DNA from: a virus | DNA: 61,186 nucleotides | IMG/VR virus record: IMGVR_UViG_3300049347_000001 | Span: 1-61,186 of that record | Strand: one strand, 5' to 3' | In this document: positions 7,971-15,220 of the stretch, piece after piece | How the letters are laid out: each line of letters begins with the position of its first letter | Numbering within the stretch: the first letter of the stretch is position 1 | Translations under genes and position numbers: made by a program | The notes under the pieces: model-generated | Databases searched by the model: none | Told to the model about the DNA's origin: nothing | Seen by the model: the letters and a program-made list of their open reading frames with translations, nothing else

Positions 7971-8164
7971 CACGCCTCCTTCGGCGTGCATGCACAGGCT
8001 TCGGGGTGGGTGCAGGCGAGGAGGTCGAACACGGCCTCGTACCAGTCGCTGGTCTGCGGGACCGGGCTGTGGCCCATGGGCGGGGTGGCGAGGAGTTGCT
8101 GGAGGCGGGCGTCCGCCTCAACGACGGGGGCCGGGATGTCCAGGCGGGACAGGTCGGTGCTCAT
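7970..8164 (-). CDS. Hypothetical protein, 64 aa
   Basis: Track ORF 7970..8518 trimmed to ATG 8164 (ATGA overlap with stop at 8161); MSTDLSRLDIPAPVVEADARLQQLL... Confidence 0.5.
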   Translation of the reverse strand: MSTDLSRLDIPAPVVEADARLQQLLATPPMGHSPVPQTSDWYEAVFDLLACTHPEACACTPKEA

Positions 8165-8991
8165 CGGGTGGCGCCCTGGGCCGGAACGGTCGGGATGGCG
8201 ACGGCCGCTGTGCCACCGAGCCGCTTGTGGAGTTCGTGCAGGCCCTTCACCGTCACGCGCACCTGCGGGGCGTCCATGACGAGTTCGCCCGTGCGCGGGT
8301 GGTAGTGGGACTGCGGGATCTCGGACAGCCACAGCCGCTCGATCGCGGCCTGCATGACGCGCGGCCGGTCGTCGGCCAACTGCCGGTACGTCCACCGGTA
8401 ATCGTCGAGCAGCGTGAACAGCCGGTTCCTGCCCAGCTTGATTTCCGGGTCGCGGGCCAGGATCTTCGCTGCGTCGGCGACCGAGAAGTCTCCGTCGGCG
8501 GCGGCCAGGGTCTGCCACGAGGCGGCGGCCGGCTCCAGCTCGGCGACCCGGGCGGTCAGTGCCTTGGTCTCGCGGACCTGACCGAGGAGAGCGACCAGCG
8601 CCTCCTCGTAGTCCTGCGGGAGAGCGGGGGCCGCGGGCTCGATCGAGTACGAGCCGGTCGTCCGAAGGGACGGGACGACCTCTTCAGCGAGCCAGTCCTG
8701 GAAGCGCTCGGCGGCCGAGAGGTTGCTCCGCATGATGAGGCGGTAGACGCCGGACTCACGGATGAGGGTCTTATTCGGGTTGCCGGGAGTTCCGTCGGAG
8801 ATGACGACGGAACTCTTCATGCGCTCCGGGAGGCGGCCGACGGCGTCGCGGCCGTTCGCCAGGCCGAGCACATCGGTCACGTCCTTGGCGACGAACCAGG
8901 GCTCGCCGTCGATCATCACGGACCGCACGTGCTGGGCGGTCTCGGGGAAGGTGAACACCAGCGGGGTGCTTGGAGATGGGACAATGGACAC
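8161..8991 (-). CDS. Antirepressor (Bro-N domain + KilA-C/ANT-type C-terminal domain), 276 aa
   Basis: Track ORF 8161..9486 trimmed to GTG 8991. FTFPETAQHVRSVMIDGEPWFVAKDVTDVLGL..LIRESGVYRLIMRS = Bro-N; FSVADAAKILARDPEIKLGRNRLFTLL = KilA-C-like. Confidence 0.8.
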   Translation of the reverse strand: MSIVPSPSTPLVFTFPETAQHVRSVMIDGEPWFVAKDVTDVLGLANGRDAVGRLPERMKSSVVISDGTPGNPNKTLIRESGVYRLIMRSNLSAAERFQDWLAEEVVPSLRTTGSYSIEPAAPALPQDYEEALVALLGQVRETKALTARVAELEPAAASWQTLAAADGDFSVADAAKILARDPEIKLGRNRLFTLLDDYRWTYRQLADDRPRVMQAAIERLWLSEIPQSHYHPRTGELVMDAPQVRVTVKGLHELHKRLGGTAAVAIPTVPAQGATR

Positions 8992-9080
8992 GGCGGTCCC
9001 TTTCGCTTCTGCGTTCTGGATGGGGGATCGCGAGGTCGTCCCTGGCTTGGCGGTAAGGGGCGGCCTCTTTGCGTGCCGCG

Positions 9081-9365
9081 TCAGGCGGCGACGGGGGTCT
9101 TGCGGCGCGAGGTGCGCGGCTCCGGCGGGCGGGAGTCGCGGACGCGCTGGGCGTCGGTCTCGTCGTCCATCTCGGCCTTGAGCCAGGCGTCCAGCTCGGT
9201 GATCGAGTAGGCGAGCTTCCGGCCGATGGGCGTGGCCTTCGGGCCCTTGCCGAGGTGCCGGTAGTTCCAGAGGGTCTTGACGCTGAGGCCGATACGGCGG
9301 GCTGCTTCGGGGGTCCAGAGGTAGCCGGCGGGCGGCGGAGTCGGGACCTTGGCGAGCCTGGGCAC
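9081..9365 (-). CDS. Excisionase-family (MerR-like HTH_17) DNA-binding protein, 94 aa
   Basis: GTG 9365 with strong GGAAGGAGAGGA RBS; YLWTPEAARRIGLSVKTLWNYRHLGKGPKATPIGRKLAYSITELDAWL. Confidence 0.65.
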   Translation of the reverse strand: MPRLAKVPTPPPAGYLWTPEAARRIGLSVKTLWNYRHLGKGPKATPIGRKLAYSITELDAWLKAEMDDETDAQRVRDSRPPEPRTSRRKTPVAA

Positions 9366-9409
9366 GTCCTCTCCTTCCTGTGTGGGGGTGAAGTCTTGTC
9401 GGGGTGTCC

Positions 9410-9652
9410 CTAGTTCGGGGACGCGGGGGGCACGAAAAGCACCAGTACGGCGACACCGAGGGCCTCCGTGACTGCATGCGCGTCATTGACGTCGAGGTTG
9501 TTCAGATCGCCAGTGAGCAGACGCCCTATCTGGGACCGGGATACACCGGTTGCATCCGCCAGGTCGCGGACGGTGTAGGGGACCCCCCGACCTGGGCATT
9601 CCATGATCTTCTTGAAGGTTTCCAGGTCTCTCAAGGCGTAGCGCACACTCAA
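9410..9652 (-). CDS. Cro-like XRE-family HTH regulator, 80 aa
   Basis: TTG 9652 with GGGGAGA RBS (alternatives GTG 9646, ATG 9604); YTVRDLADATGVSRSQIGRLLTG = HTH; first gene of the leftward early operon, divergent from 9898..10329. Confidence 0.7.
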   Translation of the reverse strand: MSVRYALRDLETFKKIMECPGRGVPYTVRDLADATGVSRSQIGRLLTGDLNNLDVNDAHAVTEALGVAVLVLFVPPASPN

Positions 9653-9897
9653 TGGATCTCCCCCGTTGCAGAGGTGCCTTTCACTGCCCTTGAGTTAACC
9701 CCTCTCGGGACAACCTGTCAACAGAATCGGGACACACTACCGTCGAGTATCGGCAAAGTTCCTGGCTGGATAGCATGGATCTGTGGACGGACTGTCCCGG
9801 ATCCGAGAAGGTTGTACCGAGTGACCTGCTATTTTTCCCGCGCTATCCGTTATCCCTAGAGACAGCCGGTGCGACAGTGACGCGAGAGGAAGACGAA
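9653..9897. promoter_or_regulatory. Divergent immunity-switch region with candidate operators
   Basis: 245-bp lower-GC gap; CGGGACA at 9706-9712 and 9728-9734 (22-bp phasing) and inverted at 9793-9799; dyad GACAACCTGTC at 9709-9719. Confidence 0.5.
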
Positions 9898-10329
9898 ATG
9901 ACGGCAGCGGCCACCGCCCCTGACCAGGGATCGGCCGGTACCTCCCCTGTAGGCGCGCTCTCCCGACTCATCCAGGATGTCAACGACTCGGGAGTCACCT
10001 ATCAGGAGATGGCCGACCGAGGCATCGACCCGGACGGCAACCGCCTGCCCAGGCAGTGGTATCAGAAGCTCGTCAAGACTCCTCCCGTCAACCCGCCCTC
10101 CGTTGCCCAGATGCACGCCATCGCGCGCGCCATCGGCAAGCCGTTCCGTCGCATCCAGGAGGCCACCGCGGAGCAGTGGCTGATGTATGAGGCCACCGAG
10201 CTGGCGGGCTACGACGAAGAGGTCCGCATCATCGTCGGCCACCTCGCAGGCAAGACGAAGGCCGAAGTCATGCGCTGGCGCTACATGATTGAGGCCGAAG
10301 AGCGCGCCCGGCGCGAGGCCGGCCAGTAG
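9898..10329 (+). CDS. Putative immunity repressor (CI-like by position), 143 aa
   Basis: Track ORF 9775..10329 trimmed to ATG 9898 (GAGAGGAAG RBS). Divergent from the cro-like gene and same strand as int; helical N-half (GVTYQEMADRG); domain not firmly recognised. Confidence 0.5.
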   Translation: MTAAATAPDQGSAGTSPVGALSRLIQDVNDSGVTYQEMADRGIDPDGNRLPRQWYQKLVKTPPVNPPSVAQMHAIARAIGKPFRRIQEATAEQWLMYEATELAGYDEEVRIIVGHLAGKTKAEVMRWRYMIEAEERARREAGQ

Positions 10330-10485
10330 CGTCCGCTACAGGCCGGCAACTCGACCGATCACCAACGTCCGTAAGTAGACATTTCTTCAACTGATTGTCG
10401 ACGACTCTCGGTAGACGTACCCTTCACCAACCGTGCACTTCTGACCGAACTGGCTCGGAATGCACCGTTGTCACGGGGAGGATGC

Positions 10486-10935
10486 ATGCTGCACGTCGCC
10501 TACGAAGCCGTCGAGGACCTGCCGCCGGGCAGACTGGCCGACATCGACGAAGACCGCGGACGCATACGAATCCGCCTCGACAAAACACAGCCGCTCGCCG
10601 ACGTGGTGCGACAGCTGAACATAGAGATCGACCGGCTCATGTCCCACGCCCACTGGTTCCAGATGTGGGATACCGAGATCATCGGTCGCGACACCCCCGG
10701 CTGCCCGCTGCGAGTCGACTACATCCTCTGCCCGCGGATCCCGCCAGAGCTGGGCGCGGGCGTGGCCGAGGACCGTGGCACCGTCCACGTCTACATCTGC
10801 CCCGAGCAGCGCGTGGAGAGGTTCGCCGCCGTGATGAACAAGGTAATCCGCGACCTGCTCGCCGGAGGGCAGTGGTTCCAGCTGTACGCCGGGGAGATCA
10901 TCGACAATAGCCCCGAGCCGGTGAGCAGGGTCTGA
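10486..10935 (+). CDS. Hypothetical protein with internal domain duplication, 149 aa (between repressor and integrase)
   Basis: ATG 10486 after GGGGAGG; the two halves align by eye: RIRIRLDKTQPLADVVRQLNIEIDRLMSHAHWFQMWDTEII / TVHVYICPEQRVERFAAVMNKVIRDLLAGGQWFQLYAGEII. Confidence 0.6.
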   Translation: MLHVAYEAVEDLPPGRLADIDEDRGRIRIRLDKTQPLADVVRQLNIEIDRLMSHAHWFQMWDTEIIGRDTPGCPLRVDYILCPRIPPELGAGVAEDRGTVHVYICPEQRVERFAAVMNKVIRDLLAGGQWFQLYAGEIIDNSPEPVSRV

Positions 10936-10951
10936 GCGAACGGGGGCAGCG

Positions 10952-12313
10952 GTGCCGGGATATATCGAAGACCGCTGGTACAAGAAGGGCCCGGACGGCA
11001 AGCGCAACGTCCCTACGGACAGGCACGGCCAGGGTAAACGCTATAAGGCCACCGGCATTCCAGGCGTGCGCGCCCGGTCCTTCCCCGACGGCAAGCTGAC
11101 TGCGGCGAAGAAGTGGCTGGCCGACGCCCAGACCGACAGCACGCGCGGAGAGTTCTACGATCCGCGGGACGGCACCATCACCCTCGACGCCTACGTGCGC
11201 AATCACTGGTGGCCGACCACCCGTTACCCTCCCACGACGAAGGCCTCCGTCAAGTCCAAGGTCTTCAACCACATCCTCCCGCACGTCGGCGCGCTGTCCC
11301 TGAACCGCATCGGGTTCGAGGAGATCCGCGCCTGGCAGACGCGCGCCGAGCGGGACATCGACGTCGGCACACTCGTCGTGACGTGGGCCCACTTCTCCTC
11401 GATCATGCAAGCGGCGTTCAAGGCGAAACGCATCCCCGCAAATCCATTCCGTGACGACGAGCTGAGAGCCCCGCGGCTGCCCAAGTCGAAAGCCCTGGCG
11501 TGGCCGCAGGAAACTGTGCTCGCCATCAGGTCGGCTCTGCCCGAGCGGTACCGCATCTTCGTCGACCTGGCGGTCGGCGCCGGCCTGCGGCAAGGGGAGA
11601 CGTTCGCCTTCTCCCCCGATGATGTCGACGGCGAGGACATCAACGTCGTCCGGCAGATCGTGAAGGTGGGCGGCCGGTTCGCGTTCGCGCCGCCGAAGGG
11701 CAACAAGGAGCGCGTCGCGCCCTGCGCGCCAGAGCTGGCGAAGGCCGTCAAGGAGTACGCCAACCGCTTCCCGTCGGTGGCCGTGACGCTCCCGTGGGTG
11801 GATCCCGACCGGCCGAACCTCGCCTGGGACGAGCGGCCGAAGCGCACAGTCCGGCTGCTCGTCACCACACAGTTCACGGCAGGCGCCAACGGCGGAGCGG
11901 TCACGAGGGACACGTTCAACGACCGGCAGTGGAAGCCGGCTCTGCGGAACGCGGGGCTGATCGACGCCCCGGACGTCACGTGGCACGAGCCGACGAACGG
12001 GAAGCAGCCCTGGCGCAAGGAGGTGTGGGCGATGCCGCGGGAGTTCGGCTTCCACGTCCTGCGCCACACGTTCGCTAGCGTCGTCCTGGCCGAGGGTGAG
12101 ACCATTACCCAGCTGGCTGCCTGGCTGGGGCACGCGGATCCGGCGTTCACGCTGCGGACCTACGTGCACTTCATGCCGAAGTCAGGGAGCCGAGGGCGGG
12201 CGGCCATCGGCCGGTTCATGACCGGCGAGCCGGCTGAGCCCGTAGGACTCCCCGGAGATATCCCTGAAATGGATCTCCCCAGATCCTCCCCAGAGATCGT
12301 TACCCACGACTGA
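10952..12313 (+). CDS. int: Tyrosine integrase, 453 aa
   Basis: Catalytic signature readable: VGAGLRQGE (R), HVLRHTFAS (HxxR), LGHADPAFTLRTYVH (H..Y); long N-terminal arm-binding-type region; adjacent to a non-coding attP-like gap. Confidence 0.9.
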   Translation: MPGYIEDRWYKKGPDGKRNVPTDRHGQGKRYKATGIPGVRARSFPDGKLTAAKKWLADAQTDSTRGEFYDPRDGTITLDAYVRNHWWPTTRYPPTTKASVKSKVFNHILPHVGALSLNRIGFEEIRAWQTRAERDIDVGTLVVTWAHFSSIMQAAFKAKRIPANPFRDDELRAPRLPKSKALAWPQETVLAIRSALPERYRIFVDLAVGAGLRQGETFAFSPDDVDGEDINVVRQIVKVGGRFAFAPPKGNKERVAPCAPELAKAVKEYANRFPSVAVTLPWVDPDRPNLAWDERPKRTVRLLVTTQFTAGANGGAVTRDTFNDRQWKPALRNAGLIDAPDVTWHEPTNGKQPWRKEVWAMPREFGFHVLRHTFASVVLAEGETITQLAAWLGHADPAFTLRTYVHFMPKSGSRGRAAIGRFMTGEPAEPVGLPGDIPEMDLPRSSPEIVTHD

Positions 12314-12346
12314 GGCGGCCTCTCCGGTACTCCGGGAGGCCGCCTC
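12312..12346 (+). terminator. Terminator hairpin starting in the int stop codon
   Basis: gaggcggcctc-[tCCGGtactCCGG]-gaggccgcctc (11-bp outer stem plus inner CCGG pair), followed by ttcc. Confidence 0.65.
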
Positions 12347-12347
12347 T

Positions 12348-12676
12348 TCCGGTGTGCAGATGATGTCTTTTTGCAGGTCAGGGTGTGTAGACGGTGGGCC
12401 GGGGTGCGGTCGCCATGCCGTTGCCGATGAAGAAGCTCGGGTGGGGCGGCTGGTTGTAGGCGGTGTTCTGCCAGGCCAGTACTCCGTGAGCTGTCACGTT
12501 CACAGGCGCAAGCCGCTTGGCCTGTCCGACCTGCTGCCTTTCAGATCCCTGGCCATCCCTTCACTTCCCTTCACGTCCCGGATTCTCCCTCCCTGGACGC
12601 TCCCCCTCGTCCAGCCGCTCCCCAGATGCTCCCCACGGAAGGCGTCACCGCGACCCTCGCGACCTGCTGGGACGCT
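12348..12676. other. attP-like non-coding region next to int
   Basis: 329-bp gap with no credible ORF; direct repeats TCCCTTCAC x2 (12556-64, 12566-74) and GCTCCCC x3 (12599, 12617, 12628) as possible arm-type sites; contains the gene fragment 12378..12503. Confidence 0.45.
12378..12503 (-). pseudogene. Start-less 3'-terminal fragment of a cellular-type gene (candidate attP core / target-gene duplicate)
   Basis: Own translation: VNVTAHGVLAWQNTAYNQPPHPSFFIGNGMATAPRPTVYTP*; high GC3; no start or RBS; frame closed upstream by TGA at 12561-12563. From memory, AWQN(V/T)AYNQPPH(P/T)SF resembles the C-terminus of PL11 rhamnogalacturonan lyases. Confidence 0.35.
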
Positions 12677-12916
12677 TCATCCCGGACACCTCCCGAGGTG
12701 TCCCGGCTCGTAGTCCCGCCCCGCCCGCGCGGCGTCCTCGCGCCTTATGTCCTCCATGGCGATGACGCAGTCCTCGCAGCCGCGCACCTCGCGCTCGCCG
12801 TCGGCCCGAGGGTGGATGGCGCCTACGACTGCGGTCCGCACCAACCCCTTGGAGGGATGGCGGAAGCAGATCCCGTCTCTCCACTCGTACAGATCGAGGA
12901 TCTGCTGTCGGTCCAT
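12677..12916 (-). CDS. Hypothetical protein, 79 aa
   Basis: ATG 12916 with AGGAGA RBS; high GC3; MDRQQILDLYEWRDGICFRHPSKG..VRGCEDCVIAMEDI; no domain recognised. Confidence 0.6.
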   Translation of the reverse strand: MDRQQILDLYEWRDGICFRHPSKGLVRTAVVGAIHPRADGEREVRGCEDCVIAMEDIRREDAARAGRDYEPGHLGRCPG

Positions 12917-13166
12917 CTGTGTCTCCTGATGTGGCGGCCGGCAGGGGGATGCAGGGGGCGTGGGTCGAGTGCCCGGGTTGTGCGGCTGGATGCCGGGTGA
13001 GATGGTGGCTCACTCGAACGAGTGAACACACGTTCGAATCATGGACACTACATGGAGCCCTGCGGCATATGCCAGGTCGCTGCAGGGCGGGTGGCCAGAT
13101 CCAAGATCAAATAATGCCCGGTAAACCGGGCTGACTTATGATGATCTTCGTCAGAGCGTGTGACAG

Positions 13167-13409
13167 GTGCCCCGCCTGCCCGACAACGACGACTGGATCA
13201 CCCGCGAACGCCGCGCCATCGGCGACCGCATCCGCGTCAACAGGCTCCGGCAGAACCGCACCCAGGAGTCCGTCTTCCTTGAGGCCCGCATCGCTCGCTC
13301 CGCCTACCAGCAGATCGAAGCCGGCGCGGCCGACGCACGCATCGGCACGCTGCTGCGCATCGCGCACGTCCTGGGCCTGCATGTGGTCGACCTCCTTCGG
13401 GATCATTGA
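13167..13409 (+). CDS. XRE-family HTH regulator, 80 aa
   Basis: GTG 13167; IGDRIRVNRLRQNRTQESVFLEARIARSAYQQIEAG = XRE HTH; divergent from 12677..12916; dyads CACTCGAACGAGTG (13011-24) and GAACACACGTTC (13024-35) upstream. Confidence 0.7.
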   Translation: MPRLPDNDDWITRERRAIGDRIRVNRLRQNRTQESVFLEARIARSAYQQIEAGAADARIGTLLRIAHVLGLHVVDLLRDH

Positions 13410-13568
13410 CTTCTTGTCAACTCAACACGGCGCACACGATCTCCACAAGAGTGCAGCATGCATATATGGCGGTGGATTCTGCACGTCAGTTGTGAACCTA
13501 TGACCCGCTGTTGATCCTCTGGCCAGGGCTAATCCGCAAAATGGGTGTCAGAACCCATGACGTCGGCG

Positions 13569-13904
13569 TCAGTCGATGCACGCATCCAGGGCGCGCGCGG
13601 CCTGCCCGAGCGTCTGGACGTGCAGGGCGGCGGAGCGCAGGCCGCGGCCGAGGTCGCCGAACAGTGCACCCTGGGCGCCCAGGAGGGCCGCCTCGCACGC
13701 TTGCCAGGCGGCGCCTTCGCGCGGGAGCCGGTCCTGTCGGCGGCGGACAGCCTCGGCGAGCGGGCCTATGGCGGCCCGGAGTTCGGCCTCGATGCGCCGG
13801 CAGTCGTCGATGGTGGGCAGGATGCCGGTCGCGGCTTCGGCTTCAACGATGAGCGCCGCGTAGCGCTGGTGTGGCGCGATGGTCTGGTCCGTAGGCTGGG
13901 TCAT
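13569..13904 (-). CDS. Small all-helical protein, 111 aa (DUF6415-like, from memory)
   Basis: Track ORF 13569..13961 trimmed to ATG 13904 (GGAG RBS); CRRIEAELRAAIGPLAEAV...GLRSAALHVQTLGQAARALDACID; divergent from the GntR gene. Confidence 0.5.
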   Translation of the reverse strand: MTQPTDQTIAPHQRYAALIVEAEAATGILPTIDDCRRIEAELRAAIGPLAEAVRRRQDRLPREGAAWQACEAALLGAQGALFGDLGRGLRSAALHVQTLGQAARALDACID

Positions 13905-13973
13905 GCGACGCTCCGCTCGCCGGCCGGTCTCCCCGGCCGTGCCTGGTCGCGGGGGCTGCATAACAGCAGCTTA

Positions 13974-13991
13974 GCCATAGCATGCTATGGC
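13974..13991. promoter_or_regulatory. 18-bp perfect palindrome, candidate GntR operator
   Basis: GCCATAGCATGCTATGGC read directly, centred in the divergent gap between 13904 (-) and the GntR gene (+). Confidence 0.6.
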
Positions 13992-14045
13992 GTGCCACGT
14001 ATGCGACCGCTCGCGTGGTACACCCTGGCGTGTCACGTTGACCGA

Positions 14046-14294
14046 GTGATCGAATTCGAGGCGGATGTGCCTAGGTGGCGGCAGGTAGCGGAGGTGATCC
14101 GAGGGCGGATCACGGACGGCACGTACCCGCCTCGCACGCGCGTCCCGTCGGTCGTCCAGCTGGCCACCGAGTTCGGTATCGCGCAGGCCACCGCACAGAA
14201 AGTTCACCGCGGGTTGCGGGATGAAGGGCTCATCTACACGGAGCCGGGCCTGGGCTCCTTCGTCACGGAGTTGCCCCGGCCGGCCGGTTCATAG
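14046..14294 (+). CDS. Minimal GntR-family winged-HTH regulator (no effector domain), about 83-98 aa
   Basis: In frame within track ORF 13545..14294; GTG 14046 (alt ATG 14001). WRQVAEVIRGRITDGTYPPRTRVPSVVQLATEFGIAQATAQKVHRGLRDEGLIYTEPGLGSFV. Confidence 0.7.
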   Translation: MIEFEADVPRWRQVAEVIRGRITDGTYPPRTRVPSVVQLATEFGIAQATAQKVHRGLRDEGLIYTEPGLGSFVTELPRPAGS

Positions 14295-14328
14295 CCCGCT
14301 GTCGGACCCCGGATCTAGACTGATCGCC

Positions 14329-14508
14329 ATGTCTCCCACTCCCCCGGCCCCGGGTCCTGCGCGGTCTGCTGCGGCCGTGGATGCGGAGATTCGTGCGCTG
14401 CTGCTGTCGACGGGCGGCTGGCTGTGGGGGCCGACCCGGGAGCGGTACGAGCGGCTGCGGGACGAGTGGGTTGAGGCTGTGCGCGGCGAGATGATGACCG
14501 CGGCGTAG
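14329..14508 (+). CDS. Hypothetical protein, 59 aa
   Basis: ATG 14329 within track ORF 14221..14508; MSPTPPAPGPARSAAAVDAEIRALLLSTGGWLWGPTRERYERLRDEWVEAV..; weak RBS. Confidence 0.4.
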   Translation: MSPTPPAPGPARSAAAVDAEIRALLLSTGGWLWGPTRERYERLRDEWVEAVRGEMMTAA

Positions 14509-14639
14509 CGCCGCCCGGGTCCCGCCGTCGGACGGCCGCCACTGCGCCCCTGGTGTGGAGGCTAGGTGGCTACAAAGAAGCGGGCGCGTGCTGCGCAGTC
14601 ACGCACGGGACGCCCCTGCGTTCAGGATACGGTGCCAGC

Positions 14640-14890
14640 GTTGCAGCCCGCCCGGGGTTCCACGCTCGGGCGGGGCCTCAGCAACTCACTCAGCAAACCC
14701 GTGCTTGGCTAGTGCCTGCAACGGATTCCCTCAGGCTACGCGCCGCCACTGACAACGCCGGGCCAGTCGGCTGGCCGCGGGCAGCCGCATGCCTCCCGTG
14801 GGGAGCCGGGAGGCGCGGCGGGCCCTGCCGACGGCGACGCAGGCAGGGCCCGAGAGGGGATTCCACCCGGGGGTGGAGCGGGATCCCTCC
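14640..14890. other. Cluster of five GC-rich stem-loops in a 457-bp non-coding gap (candidate structured RNA or recombinase site)
   Basis: Stems read directly: 14647-54/14667-74 (8 bp), 14761-66/14771-76 (6 bp), 14792-98/14807-13 (7 bp), 14820-29/14842-51 (10 bp), nested 14857-61/14883-87 with 14863-67/14872-76. Track ORFs here have poor GC3. Confidence 0.3.
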
Positions 14891-14965
14891 CGCACACCAT
14901 GCACCAGAATCCAGCCAGCGGGATAGATCACGGCCGGAAGTCGTCGGGCCGAACTGTCGAGCGGA

Positions 14966-15166
14966 TCAGATGCAGCCGCGCTGTACCACGAACAGGGCGG
15001 CCCGGCTCGGGATGAGGCGCTGCGGCTCCTCTTGCGGCGAGATCGTGAAGCGCGCACCGCAGACGCAGGTGACGCGGGTCCGTCCGGTGGGCAGGTAGAC
15101 GACCTCACCGGACGGGTGGACGGCCGGACGAAGGTCTGGGGTGAAGGTGTATGCGTGAAGGGTCAT
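14966..15166 (-). CDS. Hypothetical protein, 66 aa (last gene of the recombinase mini-operon)
   Basis: ATG 15166; high GC3; MTLHAYTFTPDLRPAVHPSGEVVYLPTGRTRVTCVCGARFTISPQ... Confidence 0.5.
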   Translation of the reverse strand: MTLHAYTFTPDLRPAVHPSGEVVYLPTGRTRVTCVCGARFTISPQEEPQRLIPSRAALFVVQRGCI

Positions 15167-15220
15167 GGCCGCAGGGTTCCAGCATCCCGACGAAGATCAT
15201 TCCGGGCTGCGGGCGGGCGG

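Noticed and set aside
12354-12713. Plus-strand ORF (119 aa) in the attP-like gap.
   Set aside because: It has poor GC3, no RBS and a Pro/Ser/Leu-rich low-complexity product. The opposite strand carries the coding-like gene fragment.
13011-13050. GTTCGAATC (13032-13040), looked at as a possible tRNA T-arm / att core.
   Set aside because: The flanks cannot pair as a T-stem and there is no cloverleaf. The dyads here (CACTCGAACGAGTG, GAACACACGTTC) fit operators for the adjacent XRE gene better.
12677-13409. Divergent 79-aa / XRE 80-aa pair considered as a toxin-antitoxin module.
   Set aside because: The genes are divergent rather than co-transcribed, and the 79-aa protein matches no toxin family I can recognise. 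The evidence is insufficient.
14857-14905. GCGGGATCCCTCCCGCACACCA, resembling a tRNA/tmRNA 3' end (stem-loop followed by ..ACCA).
   Set aside because: The loop is 6 nt without a TPsiC consensus, and only 2 nt separate the stem from CCA, so there is no 7-nt acceptor strand. No upstream complementary acceptor half exists.
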